Counted from the first letter of the stretch, positions 1 through 13,714 are shown. The stretch is DNA of 64,000 nucleotides from Eledone cirrhosa (GCA_964016885.1 OZ024745.1:14756001-14820000), one strand, 5' to 3'. Notes: a model not told the origin generated them from the letters alone. A program made the numbers and translations.

Positions 1-1596
1 TAACTACAACGTACAAGGACTAATCTGTTTTAACTTATTTATACCTAAACGTTTTCTCCAAACGCTTCTTTTTATATATTTCAATTTGTATCATTTCTAA
101 GCGTATATTTGTGTACAAAATTCAAATAAAAGAAATATTTTGGTAAGAGATGATAATTCAGTTACGTTTCCATAACTACCAGCTAAGAAGGAACGCTGTG
201 TAAATAATGTATTATCTTTAAGCTGTCAAAACTCATCATATTTATCTCTGTCCTTCTCCCTCACAGTTCCCATCATTGTGGAATATACTCTACTCTAATA
301 TATTCATGTCCGTGTTTTTCTTTTTCTCCCCCCACTCCTCTTTCTCACTCCCATATTCACCCTTTCTTTTCATTATTCTTTGTTTTTCTCATCCCTCACT
401 CACTCTATGTCTTCTCTATGTCTTCTTTATCCTTTTCTCAACTTACAACCTTCAGGCAGTTTTGTAAACCTGAAATCAAACCGTACAGAAATGTTTCTAT
501 TGAAATCAATCCTACACGAGCGAAGAGGGTGGCAACCATTCTATGAGATTTTCTTATTGATATACAAATTACCAGGACAGAATAGGGCAGTTTCTGTATC
601 TTTACAACAATCAAGAGAAACGGCTTTTGTTTTTATAGTGGTAGGACTAACAGCTGCCTGGTTCAATACTAAAAGCAATTGTATTTTCTTAAAAAAACCC
701 TGAAAACCTTACAAATATATTTCCTATACTTAAACATCCACGGAATTTGGTAATAAATAATCACCCACTTTCTGTAACTGAACACGAATTGCCAAATATA
801 ATATTTCATTTTTTTTACAAATTGTATCTGTGCCTCCTTATTAACCTCTCTCTCATCAGTCACAACACTGATACGGACACCAGTTAAAATAACTGCGTGT
901 TTCTCTGGTATAAATTCCTTTAACTTCATTTCCTAAACATATTGACAAGACAAAGCATATTCTTCCGACTTAACATTCCTGAAGCCCCCTGAAAGGGATA
1001 TAATAACTACCCTTCCATATCCTAGATATGTTTATACATAGTTTTTTCATACCGAAATATCGTATTTCCAAACCGCAACTGTGTTGAAATAGTGGCTCTG
1101 CTGCAGCAGTACGGGCAACACATGTATGTTACTTACTATACCCGAGGACCTTAAACTATCCGGAACAAGAGACATTTGCTCAACGAAGGCAGACTGTGGA
1201 TGCGACAAACACTCTCCTATCAAACAAATACACGAACACGCACATACACATACACAAACAAATACACATACATATACATATGCACACACACATACACATA
1301 CACACACGAATATTTTCAACCTATCTCGATAATATGTGACACACTGTCAAGAAATGCCAAACCTTCACTTTTCACTTAATTTAAGAATGTTAGCAATCCT
1401 ATATAACTATCATTAAACTACTATCTCTCCCACCTTCAATTCACGTTTCACTGTCTTAATGTAAGTTCTATTAGCTCAGATTCATCAGAGACCTGTCATT
1501 CCACTTCCCACAACAGCACCATGTCAGGCTTCAGAAATAATTTTCAACAGATTATATAATCACTATACAAATCTGCCTCCTCTTTTTTCTCCGCAG

Positions 1597-1701
1597 AGCT
1601 GTTCTGCAAGTGAACAGGTCGCAGATGGCTGATGATATGATGGCTAGTTGCGATATGAGCGGGAGCCTGCTGGACGAAGAAGCAGCCCCGGACCAACAAC
1701 G
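1597..1701 (+). CDS. Candidate isolated host exon (105 nt), product unknown
   Basis: Polypyrimidine acceptor ctgcctcctcttttttctccgcag at 1573-1596, donor G|gtaaaa at 1701/1702, length divisible by 3, open frame AVLQVNRSQMADDMMASCDMSGSLLDEEAAPDQQR, GC above flanks. No homology recognised. Confidence 0.3.
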
Positions 1702-2049
1702 GTAAAATACTAGCAGAGATGGAGTAATGAGTGGTGACACCTTTAGCAAAAAAGAAAACTCTTACAGCCATGTAGCTACGGCGAGGCGAGTAAAGGCCCC
1801 TCTAAAACAGCGTAGTTTTCGCGGGTCTGAGAAAAGTACCAGTTTGGTGACTGGCGCGAATAAAACCACCAGAAATCGCTGCAATGTGCCTAGCCCCCCC
1901 CCCCCCCCCCCTCGTCTTGAAGAGTATGAGATATATTGCAAGTAATAGCAACAACATAGTACACTATCCATTACAAATTATAGATATAATTTTAAAGAAA
2001 TAGGGAGAAAGTGACGTCGGAATGAGTATCCTTCAACTTCAACTAACTT

Positions 2050-2760
2050 ACACTGCGCCTCTGTGTTCCGGCGAACAGGATGGAGAATACATTGCCCTCG
2101 GTAAACGGCGAGGGTGACGTACAGAAACAGCCACTCCATCTCGCGGGTCTCGCACCTGCGGGTGGCCAACTCCACTCCGATAGTAGTGAGTAGGGTTGTA
2201 GTCCGGGGGCCAAGAAAGTTGTGAGTCTCCATAACTACAGGCCCGACCACAAACCTATCAGAGAACAGCCGATACTTGGACAGTTTGCTCTCTTCGGCTT
2301 GATGGGCAGCAGAATGCAAAAGGTTGCCACTAGAGTAGGTGTTACAGCATTTGACATCTCAGATGAGGAGCCTACGCTCGCGGAAAGGGAGAGATGTGAT
2401 GCCGTCTGGCTCTTTGACGCACCCCTCCCCCGGTCCAGAAATGTTGGCTCGAGTTGGGAAGGGAAGTCTGTTCCGTCCAGGCCAGGCTTTATGATCTCAT
2501 TGAGAAATGTATGGTGTAAGAAGCGGTCAGAACTGCAACGGCTTGACAGTAGGTGAAGACCGAAAGGATCCACAATGGTTCTGCAGCGGAATTTGTGAGG
2601 TATACAGACGCGGACTCAGGGAAACACCGATACAGATATAGTCACTGTCAAGCTGAGTGCCAGTCTCACGTGAAGGAACTGTTTTGAGCCAAACACCACT
2701 GTGGGGTTGGGTGACCCAGCAGAAACATGCCGGTCGAACCGGCGCAACAGCCTATCCTTA
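2050..2760 (-). mobile_element. CRE-clade non-LTR retrotransposon 3' remnant (Zn-finger plus restriction-like endonuclease), frameshifted
   Basis: Minus frames give DPFGLHLLS..RFLHHTFLNEII..PSQLEP, a PDG motif, then AAHQAEESKLSKY..PVVMET..LGPRTT..LATRRCETREMEWLF, matching CRE RLE C-termini. Homologous to 30676-30891. Confidence 0.75.
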
Positions 2761-2952
2761 CAGCTATATAACATTTTAAGAAAACTCAACATCCATCCCT
2801 AAACCTAATGGCTCATACAATATCTTAGAATCTCTCATTGCCACATTAGATATATTGCAATGATAAACAAGAAAAACCAGAAAATGGTCCAGATTTAATC
2901 AGTTGCGTGTTTATTTAGGACCGGCATCATTTAATATCTGAGATGGAGCTGC

Positions 2953-3004
<52 letters not shown>

Positions 3005-3007
<3 letters not shown>

Positions 3008-3344
3008 AAAAGGTATGACCCCGACTGTAGAGCTCAAGCAGTTTCGACGGCTATTTCTGGATTCAGAAATAGCCGTCGAAACGGCTTGAGCTCTGCCGTC
3101 GGGGTATACCTTTTCCTATTACTACCCTAAGTATTGAGTACTCTGGTGCGTTATGGTCCATCTGGTTCCTTACCACAATTCCTTCGTTATATATATATAT
3201 ATATATAACGAAGGAAATGTGGTAAGGAACCAGGTGGACCATAACGCACCAACGTACTCAATACTTAGGGTAGTAGAATGGGTAATAGGAAAAAGTATAC
3301 CCCGACGGCAGAGCTGAAGCCGTTTCGACGGCTATTTCTGAATC

Positions 3345-3413
<69 letters not shown>

Positions 3414-3625
3414 CGAAAGAAATGTGGTAAAAGAACCAGGTGGACCATAACGCACCAAAGTACTCAATACTTACGGTAGTAGAGTGGGTAATAGGAACGA
3501 GTAGGACCCCGACGGCTGAGCTCAAGCCGTTTCGACGGCTAATTCTGGACTCAGAATTAGTCCAGAATGAGTCCAGAATTAGCCGTCGAAACGGCTTGAG
3601 CTCAGCCGTCGGGGTCCTACTCGTT

Positions 3626-3630
<5 letters not shown>
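3005..3630. repeat. Cluster of (TA)n-embedded PLE-type terminal-repeat fragments forming fold-back palindromes
   Basis: Several copies of a ~170-bp unit in both orientations, palindromes centred near 3061 and near 3560. Carries an HHR 3' half, GAAAC GGC ttgagctct GCC GTC. Same family at 26545-26722 and 37255-37312. Confidence 0.8.
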
Positions 3631-3715
<85 letters not shown>

Positions 3716-4189
3716 CATTTGGCGGCGTCTCACAAATTTTAATTACGTCGCCAAATGTATGCAAGGCACGCAAATTAAACTGACCATGTCAGCTACATTC
3801 TACATCCTTTATGACATATATAGAGTTACAATAGTAATATTATTCTGTATAGACAATCACAGATGTATTTATAGCGGCTTGTGACGAGGAAGTAACATGA
3901 ATAATTATAATCTCATGTACAGAGGAATAATTAAAAGTATTTAACTTCATTATATTCACAGCAAATGCTTCTAATTTGAAACCTGTAATTATATTTATTT
4001 TGGATTTACCTATAATATTTACTTTCACATAAGTATATGTGCACGCACACAAACACAGGCACATACGAACACACACAAACACATATACACACACCCATAC
4101 ACACGCATCAATCTAAACTATAATAAAGTAAGGAGTGCGGGACTGAATACGGTTTATCATTTTTTATCCCATTAGTAAAATAAGTTGGA

Positions 4190-4385
4190 TTACTTTGAAT
4201 AAATAATTGTTTCTACTTTAGGCACAAGGCCAGCAATTACCCAGTGCATTACTGCTACTTTATTTTATCGACCCCCCCCCTCCCCCACCCCTCTTTCATC
4301 TTTACGGGGTCGATAAAATAAAGTACGAATTAATTGCTGGCCTTGTGCCTAAAGTAGAAACAATTATTTACTTTGAATAAATAAT
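4190..4385. mobile_element. Two SINE 3' ends in opposite orientation inside one direct repeat
   Basis: Minus arm 4202-4275, plus arm 4294-4368. Direct repeat ttactttgaataaataat at 4190-4207 and 4368-4385. Confidence 0.75.
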
Positions 4386-4935
4386 GAATGAATATTACAT
4401 AACTTATCTACTAAATTTCGTGGCTGTTGATTAAACATATTTTGTTTATTTAAATATTCACTTATTTAAAGTTTCTGAAATGTCAACACTTCCGGTTGGC
4501 CATCGCTTAAATAAACATACCTATTTTCTCCTAATGCAGTTCATATATAATATCGTCTTTTTTAATCATGGATTACGTTACTGATTACATAAGACAGTGT
4601 AACGCAATCTTCGTTCAATTTCTATGTAATAATATTGTCAATTACTATTTTATTGTCAATTACTATTTTATTTGATGTATCATATCTATATGTATATATA
4701 CCTGCGTATAATATCAATATACACACATGCTAGCAGAAAACTACCCGAAGGGTGGTTTTTCTGCTAGTTTATATAATAGTGTGTTTCCTTTTTTAAAAGT
4801 CCGAAACGCAACTATAAAAGAGGCGAATTCGTCGGCTGTTAGTATCGGGCAAACCTGACAATCCGCAACGAAGCATGTTAAATGTAAAATTGCATATTGT
4901 AACCTACCAGCATAAGCCTCATTTCTCTCTCTCTC

Positions 4936-4972
<37 letters not shown>

Positions 4973-5050
4973 TTCTCTGTATATATATATATATATATCT
5001 TTCTCTCTCTGTATTACATATATGTATATATTTATATATATATATATATA

Positions 5051-5737
5051 AATAATGGAATAGAAAGGGCTAAAGCAATAGGCATTGATGAATTACGGAA
5101 ACAGAAACAAATTCAAGGTACGTCCAATATTCTATCATATATCTCAACACACAACCCAAGAAATGCGGAAGCTTACAACACTATTCACAATAACATCCCA
5201 CTACTAAAACAAAACCCAAGAATGAAAAAAGCCCTTGAAACACACAAAATAATCAAAAGCAAAAGACAACCAAAATCACTGAAAACATTACTCACCAATG
5301 CCAAATTACCTACCACAAACCCACAACCAAGTATCAAAAAATGTGGTCGCTCTAATTGTGGAACCTGCACTCACCTCATTGAAGGCAACACGTATACATT
5401 TAAATCAGGACAAAATTTTACTGTAAAAAATCACTTCACTTGCTCATCAAAAAATCTAATTTATGCCATTAAATGTAAAGGATGCAATGAAGATTATATA
5501 GGACAAACTAAACTCACACTCAGAAACAGAATGACAGTTCATCGCCAACAATTACGAGATCCAACCACGAGACAGATACCACTAAGTGCACATCTAGAGA
5601 TTTGCGCAAGTAATAAGACACCCAAATTCCAAGTCTTCCCATTTTACCTTTGAGCTAACAATACAACAGAACAAATGCGAATAAATAAGGAAAATATGTT
5701 TATTCAAAAATATAGACCAACATTAAATAAGGTTTAA
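5051..5737 (+). pseudogene. Penelope-like element ORF 3' remnant (RT thumb/linker, Cys pair, GIY-YIG endonuclease)
   Basis: THNP..RQPKSLKTLLT..CGRSNCGTC..FTCSSKNLIYAIKCKGCNEDYIGQT..LRNRMTVH. Premature TGA at 5651-5653; the frame continues RINKENMFIQKYRPTLNKV to TAA at 5735-5737. 5'-truncated at (TA)n. Confidence 0.93.
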
Positions 5738-6031
5738 TATACATTATGTCAACACCACAATATGACATACACACACACACAATATATATATATATATATT
5801 CTCTTCATCTTAACATGCTAACCATACTCCCACACACATAACACCCATACACACACATAACAACCCCCACACCTGCAACTCCTTCCCCATTTCTACTAAT
5901 AGAACCACTTTCCTACACACATATATATATATATATATATACACACACAAATATATATTCTCTCCATCTTAACATACTCGCACACACACAACTCCCTCCC
6001 CCATCTCTACTAATAGAATCATCTTCCAATA

Positions 6032-6088
<57 letters not shown>

Positions 6089-6780
6089 ACACACAAGCAC
6101 ACAAATAAACATACATATCTTCACTTCAATAGAAAATCTGAACTCTGACACCCCGGCGAGCTGGACATATTCACTGAACCAGAACAAATCTCCCAATCCC
6201 TTTTCTCTTGACCACTATCTCTCCATTGTCATAACATTCATTATAAAGACTACAGAATAGTTTTCCAAATAAGGGCGCAAAAATGTAATGAAAACTTGTT
6301 CACGTGACAGCCAAATTTCATTTATAACCAACCAAAAAAAAGCCTTCGTGAGCCTCCTTTTTTCAAGTAAAAAGAAATTCAAACACTCATATATGAAAAA
6401 ACAACCTGTGACAACCACCCCTCTCTTATTTGAAGAACTATTGTAACGCGAACTGGCGCGAAATTTATTATAATTATTGACAAACCAATCAAATTACTTC
6501 TCGAAAAACCTGGCATTTCGAGCCACTTTTTCCATATAAAACAAGTAACATTCAGAGACCAACCAGATGTGAGAAAAACCACAGACCCTCCATCTCAACT
6601 CACCTTTTGAAAAGCAGAAGAACTGCGAAACCGGTAAAGGAACCAAATAAATATATATATTTAAAAAAAAAATAAGACTCCAGTTGCATTTTCGATTTCA
6701 TCTCTTTTTCTTTATACTTTCACTCGTGTAGGACACCTCGGTTATTTTTTATTTTGTAAAAAAAACCTCACTTTCTAATA
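5738..6780 (+). mobile_element. 3' UTR / pseudo-LTR of the Penelope-like element
   Basis: Follows the ORF, has an internal ~150-bp duplication with CA/TA repeats, and ends in (TA)n. Parts of 6140-6780 recur at 48703-49332 (minus) and 42733-42930 (plus, partial). Confidence 0.8.
6603..6640 (+). ncRNA. Type I hammerhead ribozyme, U3-A8 core variant
   Basis: CCTT TTGAAAA GCAG aagaa CTGC GAAAC CG GTA AAGG: 4-bp stem I, 4-bp stem II, palindromic minimal stem III (ACCGGT). Confidence 0.75.
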
Positions 6781-7734
6781 TATATATTATATATATATTT
6801 GAATAATGATTTTATATTAGAAGAATTTATTTAATTTAAAAAATATTTATAAATTTTAAATTGACGCTTGGTAGATTTGAATTATATAGAATGATTCTAA
6901 GATATTATAGGCACGTTTATTTCTCGAGCGCCATTCACACTATCACTTTTTCTCTGTTGTACAACAATATGCTTTTAGATGTGTGGTAGAATAGAAAATG
7001 TTCTTCTTCAAATTGTGGAATATTATGTCAATACATACAACAATTATTTGTTGCTTCAATTATTTTGCATAACTCTTCGTATCAAGTATATACGTGTAGA
7101 AATGAAATACCTTAGTGTACATGTATGCATGCGTTTGCGTGTATATGTGCGCGTTCGTGTTAACGTGTACACGTTTCTTCGTGTGAGCGTATACACGCAT
7201 TAATCATAAGATATGTGGGACAGAGGGAAAAATAATTTGGAATTGGTTTGGTGAGAATGTAATACGATATGCGGAACATAAATTATTCATGTCTGTCACT
7301 AAATATTCAGAAACACATTAACAGTACTACGAATGGTATTTGGAAAAAATTAAATAATTTATCGATCATGGTTATTCTAGTTGTACCTCAGCCCTCAACT
7401 CAACGGCAATAAATTGCAATAAACAACAAAAGATATATAGATCACTTTCCATCAGCATTTTCAACACATCATATTGCCATTTCTCTCTGCATATTCAATT
7501 GCTAATACAATATCTCAGACGCATCTAGTTCTCTGTGTAATGCGCAACCCCACCAGGCTATTATTTCTGTCTTGGCACCAGGAATATGTCGTTCTACTTC
7601 AACCCCTCCACAATAAATTGATCGCTACTCACTCTTCCTTAGAATAGTATCAACACTTTCCTCTCTAGTCATCATATTCTTGCAGATTTTCAATTTACAG
7701 ATACCTGGTGATGTCCAAAGAAAGCATTAAACAA

Positions 7735-7955
7735 AGGAGGGTGGATTGCCAGTATAGGTTTATCGTCGGAAAACTTGCTTCGCGACATAGAGTTACGGCG
7801 CTTTAAATCCTGCGTTCAAATCAGGTCAAGGTTAGCTTTCCCTTTCATTCTTACGGGGTCGATAAAATAAAGTGCCATTAATGCACTGGAATCGATTTAA
7901 TCGAATTTCTTTTCACCCCAAATTATTGGTCTTGTGCCTAATTCAGATATTATTT
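7735..7955 (+). mobile_element. tRNA-derived SINE, degenerate
   Basis: gttcaaatc B-box, then ctttcattcttacggggtcgataaaataaagtgcc, the body shared by the many copies of this family in the window. Confidence 0.8.
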
Positions 7956-10215
7956 TACATTACTTCTAATTGAGGTGGCACGTGGGTCTGTAGCTAGTCC
8001 TTCAATGGATTACGTCATTGCAATGCTTTAGAAATGAAAACAGTGCAGCAAAATGTATCCCCTCTCTTTCCAAAAGGCACAGATGTCTTTCGCTGCAATC
8101 ATCGAAAAATGTACCACGTGGTAGAACGTACACCAATATTCAGCCAAACACGCCTTTAGTGTCTCCAAATTAATGTTACACTATTATCCTTCAGGTTAGG
8201 GTAGGCTGCTGCCTGCTACTGATACCATGTAACCCAGTACAATCTGCTTCTTGCTTCAGTGGTCCGCGACTAAACCGAGTACCCCACCAGACCCTGGCAT
8301 AGTCAGATTAGGTTTCTGACTACTACTGATACCATGTAACCCAGTACAATCTGATTCTTGGATCAGTGGTCGGAGATTAAACCAGCATCACAATAAAAAC
8401 AGATGTAAAAAAGGGCGGATGAACTACTCAGTCAACGGCCTTCCACCCCAGCTTTGGGTTATATAGCGTCACTGACCCGTAATTGGTTAACGTGGTGAGT
8501 ACACTTACACTTCTTTCATGACCAAAGCCAAAATGAAAACGGTCAACCAGGGAGGGGTTCTTTCAATTGAATTGGATTGAACTGTTCCCATCGAACATCA
8601 TTTATTCAACTCAACTAAGAGCAACAAACAAACAGCAGCAGCAACTTTGATAGAAAGATAAATGGATCTTACGGCTTAACAACACTATTATGGCATGTGA
8701 TGTATGTATTGGGGTTAATAGTGTGTTCAAGATCAGTTCTTAAGGCTAACCTTCTCCCTCCCTTCCAAAAATGAGAGAGGCTCGGGAAAATGTCATAGCC
8801 ATTAAAACATTCCAATGGTGTTAGAATGTACACATCTATATATGGTGGGGATTTTAAGTGCAGAATACCTGCCCCTCTCTATCTTTCATATTTCTGCTGA
8901 CGTCACCACACTAACCTGGACAGTGACAACAATAGAATATGCCTAATTTATCATTCTCAGAATAAAACTATAAATCATTGGATGCATGATGGTCCTAAAT
9001 GAGGGAGATACATGGTTCATCTGTGATACTAGAGATGTGGATCCCCTCCATACGACCAATTACTAACGACGGGAGGGACACAACAACGGCAAACACCGTC
9101 AATAGGAAACTCTACGATGTAAATGAATCTTTTAGTATTCAAAATAGTAGCCAAATATTGTTAAAAACAAAGAACATAAATTATGCCTAAAAATACGATG
9201 AGAGGATTCGTTTGATCACTGTCCTACTTGAAAGGGAGAAAACATTTGTTTTAAAAAAACAACGGCAATAATATTGTCGAAGTAGTTTTGAGAAGTAGTT
9301 TTGTGTGAATTTCAGATGTAATCAATCTCTAGAAAGATTAGAATAACATCAGAGCTATGTTATAAATGACATAGGATGTTTCCTAACATGCATTTAGATG
9401 CCTGTCGCAAAAGCTTGCTGAGAAACAAAGGCTTCGGTAAACGAAAGTCAAAATCGGGTTGTAAATATTTTATTGTATGAATATATTAGAATGTGTATGT
9501 GTATTAAAAACCAAAGTTTGTATATAATAAAACATAAATACAGCGCAGTAATATTTCTTCATCAGAATGATACGAAATATATATATAGATATATACATAT
9601 ATATAAATGTACAGTCCACCACATAACGGAAGTATGATTTCTCAACCCTTTCATGTTTTGCAATCACTTTAGTTAGCTTTATATCGATGTAATATTTTAT
9701 AATATGAAACTGTGTCTTTGAACATTTCAGCAATAAATATTTTTGAAAGAGAACAAAGCTATAATATATTCTATGATTTATACGGTTTAGTATGGTTTAT
9801 TAAACATCAAAGTTACGCAAGATTTGAAATTAGAAAAATATCTCTTTCTATAATATTACATCTCTAAAAGGGAAAATCGAACTCCAAGGTACCATTTTAA
9901 AAATGGAAACAATCAAATACGATATCAAAAGAGTTCTTAATAATTGTTTCTTCCTGAGAGAGGAACCCTGGGTGTTATGTTTCGAAAGAATACGAAAGGT
10001 TGTGACATTCATGTATTTTCCAAAAAGAATATTAATTATATAAAATGAAAATTTAAACTGGGGAGCAAATCCACTTAGAAAGGAACTACTGTTAAAGTTT
10101 GGAGTTGTCCAATGTTTATTTCGCATTGAAAAATCTGATAAACTTAAAAACCTATTCTCGCCTTAGCAGAATTAATGGCCAGAGGTTATTATAGCAATAT
10201 TTTATTAGCATTATA

Positions 10216-10277
<62 letters not shown>

Positions 10278-10332
10278 CGTGTGTGTGTGTTTATATATAT
10301 ATATATGCATATTTATATATACATATGATATA

Positions 10333-10397
<65 letters not shown>

Positions 10398-10412
10398 CCA
10401 TATATATATATA

Positions 10413-10451
<39 letters not shown>

Positions 10452-10453
10452 TA

Positions 10454-10543
<90 letters not shown>

Positions 10544-12149
10544 TAGAGACAGATGTAGATATAAAGCCTACATCTCTCTCTCTCTCTCACTAACCAAATT
10601 TAAGAGAATAGGAAAAGATGAAGACACAGATAACGGTGCAGAAGATAGAAGCGGAGTAGAAGACATATTACTGTATAATTTCCGTCAGCCCATTCTAAGG
10701 CTACATCACAAACGATCATCTTCACAAAAATCAACCATCATCACATCGGCCTACGTGGATACCTTATGACTGAAATGATAAATTCATATAGTAAGATTCG
10801 GTGTCCTTGTAAAAAGAATAATTTACAAAGAACTGCGGACAGGGAGAGAAAGAAAAATGGACAAATTAAAAGATGAATAAAGAACATAAAGGAACAGTAA
10901 CACAGACACACACATGTAACAAAAAGAGGAATAGTTAGATACGATCTTATATATCCTTCAAAAGGTATAATCCAAAGAAACAATCAGCTTTTCTTTATAT
11001 TTTGTCACTAAATCTGTTGTAATTTCATTTACAAATACATGAAGCTTGTGAGTTAGGATCTACAACAACAGGAGACGCCAACGTAACTCATCCTTTCTCT
11101 GTGGTTAATCTAAAGATATATACAATAAATATTACAGTAAGAATATCGATATTAATGGGTTGTGTAACATTTTTAGCTTATAAAGAGGCATTTCTCCTCA
11201 TCTCCAAACTATTACATCAATAATACTTGTATCTCCTCTCTTCCGTATACCAAGTGCTGTAGATACTTTAGCATTAACGATTATATATCATCCAAATGTG
11301 CTATGAACGAGACCAGAGTGACCGCGAATATTACGTATAAAAAAATATGGCGGAGCTTGACACCTTATTTCCCGTTGCTTTAGTTTACTCAGCTGTAAAA
11401 ATGATTTACGATGTCGCTGATTGTCAAGTTGTATCTGCTTTCGCTTTTGCCTTTGACAACATCGCTGGCGTGTGAGAGGAGGGACTGGTATGCATGGGCG
11501 ACTGCTGGTATTCCACAAACAACCTTGCCCGGACTTGTGTCTGGAAAAAGAAACCTTCAAGATGGAAATATCATGACCATTCGTGACCGAAAGGAGTCTT
11601 TACCCTTTTACAATGTTATTTTATGGCATGCACTTTGGCAAATAAATCAGTTTATAAATAAAAAATCAAATTGCTAAATTTATATTTAGCGAAGTATTTC
11701 TCACTGACATCTTATGCTGTCTTCGAACTAATAAAACAAGTACTGAAAAAATGTTTTATCTCACCCAGACTGAATAAAACATTAAACATTTTTTGAAACG
11801 ACGTCGACTAATTGATGTTCAAAAGGTCACCCAATTTCGAGAAACCATTCTCACAAGAAGACACTCTATACCAATGAGTAAAATGGTATAATACATTTAT
11901 ATATAATAAATATGAATAAACAGCTAATAAAAATTGAACTAACATAACAAATCTAAGTAAGACAAAAGAAAAGTATAATTTAATATGTGAGGAAGAAACG
12001 AAGCAGTGTCATTCATTGCATTCCTATCACAACCGACACAGCAAATTCAATACATTTTCAGAGTTCTTGCTGACAGATTACTAAAACATATATAATGTGG
12101 ATCCATTTATCCACGTCATTTTCGCTACTCTCACCGACATTTCATTAAT

Positions 12150-12348
12150 AATTATTTCTGATTTAGGCACAAGGCCAACAATTTCGGGGGAGAAGAAAGT
12201 TGATGAAATCGACCTCAGTGCATTACTGGTGCTTTATTTTATCGACTCTGTAAGGATGAACGGCAAATTTAAACTCGACGGGATTGGAACTCTATGCTGC
12301 AAAGCATAGTTTCATGACGCTCTACCGATACTGCTAATCCATCACCCT
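12150..12348 (-). mobile_element. tRNA-derived SINE
   Basis: Reverse complement of the same family (ggcacaaggcc..ttttatcgac..ctctaccgatactgctaatcc). Confidence 0.8.
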
Positions 12349-13258
12349 AATTCCCTGTCTAATGATAACAATACATAGCGTTTATGGCACTGGAAGAGAC
12401 AAAATTGAATCTTTCATCTATACGATTAATTAAATTCTTGGCTTTTATTACCATATTAAAGTATCCGTGAGCCTATTTACATAATATACCAGTTTGAGAC
12501 CATCTCATGTATTATTTCAATATAGTGGATAAAACAAATATGAAAAATACAAAGAATGACAAAATACATTCCAGGTAATTCTATTAAAATTCAGAGTATA
12601 TTTATCATTTTCAGTATTTAATAAATTTTATCATTTATACTTATACTATTTTCCATTTTTGTTTTGTTGTAGCGAATTTATATGAAATGAAGATCAAATT
12701 TCTGTGTGAGTGGAGACAGTTTATTTGAAATGCATCTAGCCAGGAATTTGAATCCTGAAAGTATTATGAATTTGAAAAGAAAACATCCAATATTCATTTA
12801 GCATGAAACAAATGCATATGGATATTGAGAATTTTAAATGAAATTATTTCATATATGGTGAATATTCAACAATTTGTCATAATATTTCGTGAAATTTTAA
12901 ATTGATGTATGTTTCATAAACAAATTGTCATAAACAGAAAGCTATATGATGAAAAATTAAAATACTTTACTTGATATAGATATTGCATCACGAATAATAA
13001 CTAATAAAATTGATTATAAAATTATTGTTCATTTTAACAGAAAAAAATAAAGAATGAGCTGATAGGAAAACTGTTGATACTTCATGAATAAATACAATAC
13101 AATAAACAATATTTCGACCGAAGTTATGAAAGGATCTATTGAAGCAAACAATAGAAATAGAGTGATATTTTTGAATCAGCTATTACCATTAATGATAACA
13201 GTAGAATGATCGGGTGATCCTACATGTCTTGCACATAGATACTTACTCTATCTCACTT

Positions 13259-13318
<60 letters not shown>

Positions 13319-13485
13319 TATATGTATATATATGTATATATATATATATATGTGTGTGTGTTTGTGTGTGTAAAAAGCAAACAGAAATATAATCGGTACA
13401 GTATATTGAAGGAATATATTAGTTTAACGCTTGAAATAGCAGGAAGAGGGTCTTAACACACACACACACACACACATACACGCAT

Positions 13486-13531
<46 letters not shown>

Positions 13532-13563
13532 AAAATTGCAAACTTGACTGTCACCACATATTA

Positions 13564-13602
13564 TGAACCTGAAGATTGCGAAAGCATGAAAGTACTTGTT
13601 CA
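13564..13602 (+). ncRNA. Minimal type I hammerhead ribozyme
   Basis: TGAAC CTGAAGA tTGC gaaa GCAt GAAAG TA CTT GTTCA, with palindromic stem III (AAGTACTT). Lies in a unit flanked by (TA)n on both sides. Confidence 0.7.
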
Positions 13603-13714
13603 ATTAACAATTAGAATTTAATATTCTATCATACTATTTCATTATAATACCATTATAAATTTTAAAGGATTGTAAATAAAACGAGTAAATCAGACAAAGT
13701 TGGAATTCCTCTTA

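Noticed and set aside
380-1200. Degenerate coding-like region
   Set aside because: No recognisable motif in any frame.
5651-5653. In-frame TGA as selenocysteine recoding in a PLE
   Set aside because: Single truncated copy with no SECIS identified; a nonsense mutation is simpler. The stop in the other PLE is TAG.
10152-10769. ORFs rich in YI, CV, HT or LS repeats here and throughout the track
   Set aside because: They are translations of (TA)n, (TG)n and (TC)n microsatellites.
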